From: Rhodothermales bacterium
GTDB lineage: Bacteria; Bacteroidota; Rhodothermia; Rhodothermales; UBA10348
DNA: 64,000 bases
Direction of reading: 5' to 3'
NCBI GenBank assembly: GCA_965247125.1
Contig: CBDFGO010000003.1
Span: 6,058 to 70,057, forward strand
The notes below the pieces were generated by a model that made no database searches, had not been told where the DNA came from, and saw only the letters and a list, made by a program, of their open reading frames with translations. Numbering within the stretch: the stretch's first letter is position 1; each line of letters starts with the position of its first letter. Shown piece by piece: positions 58,202-64,000 of the stretch. The position numbers were made by a program, and so were the translations under genes.

Positions 58202-59172
58202 TCCCGAGGAAAGTTGATACTTTTCTTCCTGCCAGAGATAGCAGGCATGACGATCTGCTTATTGTATGCAGCAGCTTCGAACATCGCTGCATGGGCTTTC
58301 TGAAGCACGTAACATCGCAGACCGAAAAATATTCATGCAAGCGAGTACTTAGAGTGCGATTCGATGACAGAGGTGATAGCGCAATTCGTCAGCGAGTCAG
58401 AGGCATCGAGCCGATGTTGGACTCGCTCGCAAAAAAATGCTCCCAATCTGGCTTGATTGAGTACCTGGAGCTTGAGCCCTACATCATCTATGATTCCTAC
58501 CGTGCTTATAAAAATTTGTGCAGGTCTGTAGATACGGGATCGTCCGTAGTGGTAGACGTCTCTACTATGCCGAAGCTGCATTGTTTGTATTTGCTCAAGG
58601 CAGCGCAAGAGAGCGGCAGAATTGCAAGACTACGAATGGTATATACAAGGGCCCGCTACGGTAGGTTCGACGACCTTTCATTTAGTAGCGAACAGCCGAC
58701 CGTTCTGCCACTCTTTGGCACTCATAGAAAGACAGAATTTAAATCGTCCCACCTTCTCCTATTTTGCGGGCTCGAGCCAGCCAGAAGCTACTCAGTGTGG
58801 AAAAGATATGGCCAGAACCGCTGTACAAAGATATTCATTGATAGCGGCAGACAAGATCCCGAGAGGTGTATTGCACGAGCTCAGCGCATGAACGATTTTG
58901 GTGGCACAAGTAGTGAAATTACGTTAGATGCCTTCAATCCGAATGGTGTTCTTACCTGGCTGAAAGAGACTTATGAAAGCTCGTTTAAACAAGGTGAGTA
59001 CATGTATATATCTCCCATGACCACGAAATGGGAATTGCTCGCAGTCTGGAAGTTTTTCTCTTTAGATAATCGAGCTCAGGCAGGTATCGTATATACAAGT
59101 CCAGCTCGTCTGAACGCACGAGGTCATACGTTGGAGCGAACCGGGGAAGTTCTTTCTGCGAGCGTATGGTAG
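58198..59172 (+). CDS. Rossmann-like protein of unknown function, possibly a CARF/SAVED-like sensor. Third gene of the cassette.
   Basis: LLIVCSSFEHRCMG and VVVDVSTMPK (D-x-S-x-x-x-K) resemble CARF-type strand motifs. No other recognisable catalytic motif. Confidence 0.35.
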   Translation: MIPRKVDTFLPARDSRHDDLLIVCSSFEHRCMGFLKHVTSQTEKYSCKRVLRVRFDDRGDSAIRQRVRGIEPMLDSLAKKCSQSGLIEYLELEPYIIYDSYRAYKNLCRSVDTGSSVVVDVSTMPKLHCLYLLKAAQESGRIARLRMVYTRARYGRFDDLSFSSEQPTVLPLFGTHRKTEFKSSHLLLFCGLEPARSYSVWKRYGQNRCTKIFIDSGRQDPERCIARAQRMNDFGGTSSEITLDAFNPNGVLTWLKETYESSFKQGEYMYISPMTTKWELLAVWKFFSLDNRAQAGIVYTSPARLNARGHTLERTGEVLSASVW

Positions 59173-59269
59173 GGCGGTGCGGCGCAACATGATCGCTTTG
59201 ACATGGGTACAGCGCTGGCAAACCGAACCCGGCATAGATTTCCCCCTTGACAGATTGTGGCCCACATCG

Positions 59270-59400
59270 AGGTGCACCTCGAACTTTGAACGAGGTTGTG
59301 GACGAACCGGTAGCCTATTTCAAGGCTCAAGAAGAGAAGAAAAAGAAGAGGGAGAGGGCCAGACGAAGTCCCCAACGTCCCTGAAGTCTCCATCGTCTAC
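59270..59400. repeat. About 130-bp conserved intergenic element, copy 2.
   Basis: See copy 1 at 19290-19420. It lies in a convergent intergenic region between the third cassette gene and the split membrane-protein gene. Confidence 0.6.
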
Positions 59401-59649
59401 ACACATTATAATATCTCAACAGAACCCAATAATTGATCAGCATATCCATCTTGTGTAATCCTGTCCAAATCGGCCACCCAATCCAATTTAAATCGGCCAC
59501 CTAATCCGATTGATTCCGGCCACCCAATCCGATTCTAATCGGCCACCCCACATGCGGGGAATCAGGAGTGTAGGTAGACGCGGGATAATTCAGTAACCCG
59601 GTTCGTTCGCCCTTCTTTTTTCACCAACCAGTGATCAAAGAGGGCATCG

Positions 59650-61188
59650 ATGCCGAAGAAGCGATTATCCGTGAAGAAGACCAGAGAGATACTACGTTTG
59701 CGTTTTGAGTGCGGCCTCTCAGAACGAAAGATTGCCACCAGTTGTGCGATCGCCAGAAGCACGGTTGCCGATTATTTGAATCGGGCGAGGGAAGCCGCTC
59801 TGACGTGGCCACTACCCGATGACGTGACCGAGGATGCGCTCGAAGAGCTTCTCTTCCCAGCTCGTCCTCACCAGAAATCTCGGCGTCCCCTTCCGGACTG
59901 GGAAACGCACAGAAAGGAACTGACCAGGGACGGCGTCACGATGCAGCTCCTGTTCGAGGAATACCGTGAAAAGCATCCGGACGGATACAGCCGATCACGT
60001 TTTTTTGATCTCTATCGTATCTGGAAAGGGACCATTGATCCGGTTATGCGAATCGAGCACAAGGCAGGCGACAAACTCTTTGTCGATTACAGTGGGCAGA
60101 CCGTTGCAGTCATCGATCCAGAGACAAATGAAGAGAGACGGGCCGAAGTGTTTGTCGCCACACTGGGCGCCAGTAATTACACCTACGCCGAGGCCACATG
60201 GACGCAGTCGCTACCGGACTGGATTGGCGCTCACGTACGGGCACTGGAATTTATAGGAGGGGTTCCCAGATTATTAATCCCCGATAACCTGAAGAGCGGA
60301 GTAACGGACGCCAATTACTACGAACCGAGTATCAACGAAACCTACGCCCGGATGGCCGCGCATTACGGCGTAGCTGTACTGCCTGCCCGGGTTCGCCATC
60401 CGCAAGATAAAGCTAAGGTGGAGATTGCTGTCAAAATCGTAGAATCTCGCATTTTGGCACGACTTCGGAATCGGAGATTCTTCTCGCTGCATGAGTTGAA
60501 CCTGGCAATCCGCGAACTCCTCGAGGATCTAAACAATCGTCCGTTCCAGAAGCTCTCAGGTAGTCGCCGCTCACTCTTTGAAGAGATCGAGCGCTCAGCG
60601 CTCGCTCCTCTACCGGTCTCGCCCTACCTCTACTGCGAATGGAAAAAAGCACGCGCGGGAATCGATTACCACATCGCCGTCAAAAAGCATTACTACAGCG
60701 TCCCGTTTATCTACATCAAGAAAGAGCTCGATGTATGCGTGAGTGAGCGCACCGTTGAGGTCTTCTACAAGGAGGAGCGGATTGCCAGTCATCGCCGTTC
60801 CGCGCGCCAGGGTATGTTCACGACGCTTACCGAGCACATGCCCAAAAGCCACCGTCAGTATGCCGAATGGTCGCCGAGCCGCTTGATTCGCTGGGCTTCA
60901 AAGTCTGGAGAATCGACGGCTCTCCTGATGGAAAATCTTCTCGACTCCTACCCTCATCCCGAACACGGCTACCGGGCAGGACTCGGCATCATGCGTCTGG
61001 CCAAAACCTACGGAGACGACCGCCTTGAGGCTGCGTGCCAACGCGCGCTCTCCATTGGAACGTGCCGCTACAAAAGTGTCAAGTCCATCCTGAAGAACAA
61101 TCTTGACCAGGCGCCGCTGCCAGAAAAGATCAATCCCAGAGCGCCCATCACTCACGCCAATATCCGTGGATCTGAGTATTACAGCTAA
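59650..61188 (+). CDS. istA: IS21 transposase IstA (512 aa).
   Basis: HTH N-terminus and DDE core. Confidence 0.85.
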   Translation: MPKKRLSVKKTREILRLRFECGLSERKIATSCAIARSTVADYLNRAREAALTWPLPDDVTEDALEELLFPARPHQKSRRPLPDWETHRKELTRDGVTMQLLFEEYREKHPDGYSRSRFFDLYRIWKGTIDPVMRIEHKAGDKLFVDYSGQTVAVIDPETNEERRAEVFVATLGASNYTYAEATWTQSLPDWIGAHVRALEFIGGVPRLLIPDNLKSGVTDANYYEPSINETYARMAAHYGVAVLPARVRHPQDKAKVEIAVKIVESRILARLRNRRFFSLHELNLAIRELLEDLNNRPFQKLSGSRRSLFEEIERSALAPLPVSPYLYCEWKKARAGIDYHIAVKKHYYSVPFIYIKKELDVCVSERTVEVFYKEERIASHRRSARQGMFTTLTEHMPKSHRQYAEWSPSRLIRWASKSGESTALLMENLLDSYPHPEHGYRAGLGIMRLAKTYGDDRLEAACQRALSIGTCRYKSVKSILKNNLDQAPLPEKINPRAPITHANIRGSEYYS

Positions 61189-61214
61189 TCCGATAACCAA
61201 ACCAGAAAAAGAAC

Positions 61215-61979
61215 ATGCTACCAAACCCCACACTCGAGCGCCTACGCTCCATTCGACTGCACGGCATGGCCGATGCGTATGCCGAACAGAGTGAACAAAC
61301 AGATATAGAAGCGCTCACATTTGATGAGCGATTCGGCCTGCTCGTTGACCGAGAGGCCGCCGAGAGAGAAAACCGGCGCCTCACGAATCGGCTGCGCCGC
61401 GCTCGCCTTCGGCAATCGGCCTCGATCGAAGACATCGATTACACTGCTGCCCGGGGCTTCGACAAGTCACTCATCCGTTCGCTTGCCCGCTGCCACTACA
61501 TCCGTGAGCATCAGAACATCCTCATCGTCGGTCCCACCGGAACGGGAAAGACCTACCTGGCTTGTGCGCTCGCTCATAAAGCCTGTCTCGAAGGATTTAC
61601 GGCTGGATACTATCGACTATCGAATCTCCTTGCCGATCTTGAGATAGCAAAGGTGGACGGTCGGTATCCAAAGATCATTCGGGATCTGGCAAAGAACGAT
61701 CTGATTATTCTCGACGACTGGGGTCTGGCACCGATCGCAGATCATGTGCGGCCCATTTTACTTGAGATTCTTGATGACCGACATGGGAATCGATCGACCA
61801 TTGTAACGAGCCAATTACCCGTTGACGCCTGGCACACAGCCATCGGAGAGGCAACGATCGCTGACGCCATTCTTGATAGACTTGTACACGACGGCCACCG
61901 GATCGAACTTGAGGGAGATTCAATGAGAAAGAAACGCTCTACAGTCAAACACAAACCGACTCAAATAACCGAACAATAA
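61215..61979 (+). CDS. istB: IS21 helper ATPase IstB.
   Basis: Walker A IVGPTGTGKTYLA and Walker B LIILDDWG. Confidence 0.9.
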   Translation: MLPNPTLERLRSIRLHGMADAYAEQSEQTDIEALTFDERFGLLVDREAAERENRRLTNRLRRARLRQSASIEDIDYTAARGFDKSLIRSLARCHYIREHQNILIVGPTGTGKTYLACALAHKACLEGFTAGYYRLSNLLADLEIAKVDGRYPKIIRDLAKNDLIILDDWGLAPIADHVRPILLEILDDRHGNRSTIVTSQLPVDAWHTAIGEATIADAILDRLVHDGHRIELEGDSMRKKRSTVKHKPTQITEQ

Positions 61980-62073
61980 CACCCGCGTCGCTACGCTCCG
62001 ACCCGGCCGATTAGAATCGGATTGGGTGGCCGGTTTGCGCCGGAATCAGTGGCCGAATACGTCGGAATACACA

Positions 62074-62763
62074 TCCATCTGCCGCCACGCGGATCCACGC
62101 GGGCTTAATTACAAAAATCCAAAGCACCAACAAAAACAGCTGTATTGCGAAAACGAAATAAATAGATACAGGCAAGACTAAACCCTGACTGACATACGTA
62201 CTAGCGAGAAGCGCAGTAGCCAAAATTGACATAGATAAAATGACCAAACCGAGTGGCTTCAGACCCCATAGATTTCGTCTGAATCCAAAATTACAATTCT
62301 CGGAAAACAATAAATAAAATCGGTCTTTGTCTCTTGTGCGGTCTCTGAGCATTCTACTGCATGTTTCATAAATCTCATCAGCCGAGTCTGGATCCGCAGC
62401 CTCTTCTTCAGGAGTTGGGAGCTTTGGAGAGTCTCCAAGTAGCGTTTGTAGTTTGGAGTGCAATCGCTTGATGTAGTGTTCGTTAGAACTAGCTGAATAC
62501 CTGAGATTAACTACTGAAGGCGCACCACCCCAGGACTGAAATAAGCCAGCTTGTTTTTTCTTACCACGATCACGGCCGAGTTGCGCTAAAAGAGCGGGTA
62601 TTCCTGCTGATACTGCGAGACTCCAAAGATTTTCCCCAGTCGTTTCAAGCTCTGGGAACCATGATATTGAAGCTAAAATTGCTGGAAGCATCACAATCAA
62701 AACAGGAAGCAAACGAGCCTTTATTGTGTACGTATCAAACTTCATCATTTTCCATGATTGCAT
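62074..62763 (-). pseudogene. Membrane protein (about 245 aa) split by IS21-B. The last 15 codons are at 59407-59451.
   Basis: TM helices at both ends. Across the TCCATCT duplication the frame rejoins as ...IRVAADG-YADQLLGSVEIL*. The listed ORF tail CVFRRIRPLIPAQTGHPIRF is IS-encoded. Confidence 0.55.
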
Positions 62764-62774
62764 AATTGGTCAAG

Positions 62775-63236
62775 TTATTCTTCCACCTGATTGTAGAAAG
62801 GTATGGGTGTGGCGCCTGGCCAATTTCGACCGGGCGCATTATGACTGTGCAATCTGTTCCCACCTTTTGTGGCAAAAGGACGGGCACCTCGACGTCGAAA
62901 AGCGTTGGTGACTTTTTTTGATGGATGTTTTGGTTCGCCATTAACAGCTACGGATACTAGGGCTGTTTTAATTCTTTCATCCGTGTTGAGTCTCGGTCCA
63001 ACAATTCGATCTAGAATTGCAGGGCCAATGTTTCGCTTACTTCCATGATGAGGGACTTGTATGAAATGTGTTTGAGAGAGATCGATTCCAGCATTGTCAC
63101 ATAGCTCAATAACTTGCGTTAATGCTGGTATTCCCGCATCTGCTGTAAAAAGTGACCTGTGACCATCTACAGTCAGTAACAAAACGGTACTTGTATTATT
63201 TCTTGGACTGGTTTCTCCTTCGTTGGTTAAGGTTTG
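62775..63236 (-). pseudogene. MBL-fold metallo-hydrolase C-terminal fragment (ComEC/YycJ-like ...VPHHGSKRN tail), N-terminally truncated by IS256 copy 10.
   Basis: ...HFIQVPHHGSKRNIGPAILD. The upstream reading frame runs into the IS256 left end at 63237. Confidence 0.45.
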
Positions 63237-64000
63237 GAGCTATGCCCAAAAGTTGTGTATGGAAGGTTTAGGCAGCGTGTCGTTCTGATGTAATTCCGTC
63301 GGTGAATTTGATTCCTTTTTTTACAAGTTGCAATAGGTGCGGTGCATTCAGTTTCCTCCACTTCTTCTGAGCCTCTTTACATAGACGGAAGGCCATTGCA
63401 AGAGCTGTTTCTCGGCTCAGACATCCCCTCGTTTTGGCGGTCCTGAGGCGCACGGTCGCGAACGTAGATTCGATCGGATTTGTGCTCCGAAGATGGATCC
63501 AGTGTTCTGCCGGAAAGTCATAAAAAGCGAGCAGTTCTTCTCGGTCTTTCACCAGAATCTCTGCTGCTTTCGGATACTTTTGCTGGTAGGCTTTGATGAA
63601 AAACAGAAGGGCGCTCTCTGCCTGCTTTTTTGTTTCTGCTGTATAGATCTGCGTGAGGTGACCTTTTGCCTTCTTCTGAACGGACTTGGGCAGGCGGTTG
63701 AGCACATTTGCTGTCTTGTGCACCCAACAGCGTGCGGCTCGCGTCTCGGGATAAACTTCTGCGAGAGCACTCCAGAATCCCATGGCTCCATCGGCAACAG
63801 CCAGCTTCGGTCCTTGATCCAGCCCGCGGTGCCTCAGCTCCAGGAGCAACTCTCGCCACGACTGCTTGCTCTCGCGAAAGCCGTCCTCGAGTGCTATAAG
63901 CTCCTTCCTTCCATCGGCCGTAGCGCCGATCACGACCAGCAGACACAGTTTCTGTTTATCCATGCGTACGTTTACGTGAATACCGTCGGCCCAGAAATAG
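63237..64000 (-). mobile_element. IS256-family IS, copy 10, truncated by the window edge.
   Basis: GAGCTATGCCCAAAAGTTGTGTATGG left end at 63237. The transposase ORF continues past the window end. Confidence 0.9.

Larger units (their letters stand above)
59452..62073 (+). mobile_element. Second, unrelated IS21-family IS (IS21-B).
   Basis: Termini TGTGTAATCC.../...GGAATACACA. Multiple subterminal repeats GGCCACC(C/T)AATCCGATT at both ends. 7-bp target duplication TCCATCT. istA spans 59650-61188 and istB 61215-61979. Confidence 0.85.

Overview
The window is a mosaic, heavily IS-bombarded accessory region of a probable FCB-group (Bacteroidota/Rhodothermota-like) genome. Evidence for the host: a T9SS C-terminal sorting domain, lipobox lipoproteins, no Shine-Dalgarno usage and TAnnTTTG-like promoters.

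About 40% of the sequence is insertion sequence:
- Ten near-identical copies of a 1384-bp IS256-family element, the tenth cut off by the window edge. Four have clean 9-bp target duplications; the others lack them.
- Four copies or fragments of an IS3-family element (IS3-A), a second IS3 element with a frameshifted orfB (IS3-B), and a third IS3 remnant (IS3-C).
- Two unrelated IS21 elements (istAB), one IS110-family element, and an orphan IS5-family DUF4096 fragment.

Many host genes are split by these insertions and can be rejoined in frame across the duplications:
- an FtsX permease split by two different ISs;
- a lipoprotein;
- a P-loop ATPase;
- a membrane protein;
- two tyrosine integrases;
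- three protease or outer-membrane genes.

Intact cargo includes:
- a higBA-like toxin-antitoxin pair with two palindromic operators;
- a PadR regulator with a membrane partner;
- a flotillin/NfeD pair;
- a PHB-depolymerase-like esterase;
- MoeZ (MoeB-rhodanese);
- a CBM9/DUF5916 protein;
- a pentapeptide-repeat protein;
- secreted gluzincin and metzincin proteases.

Two gene clusters look like candidate undescribed systems:
- bp 200-5457 (high GC): a translationally coupled operon. It encodes a single-chain SbcD(Mre11)-SbcC(Rad50) fusion with a CxxC zinc hook, an excisionase-like HTH protein, a J-domain protein, and a DEDDh exonuclease with a DUF3820-like tail.
- bp 54308-59172 (low GC): a three-gene cassette. 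It encodes an IS256-interrupted P-loop/AAA+-like ATPase, a tandem NDT/TIR-like flavodoxin-fold protein, and a Rossmann-like CARF-like protein.

No CRISPR array, rRNA or confident tRNA was found.
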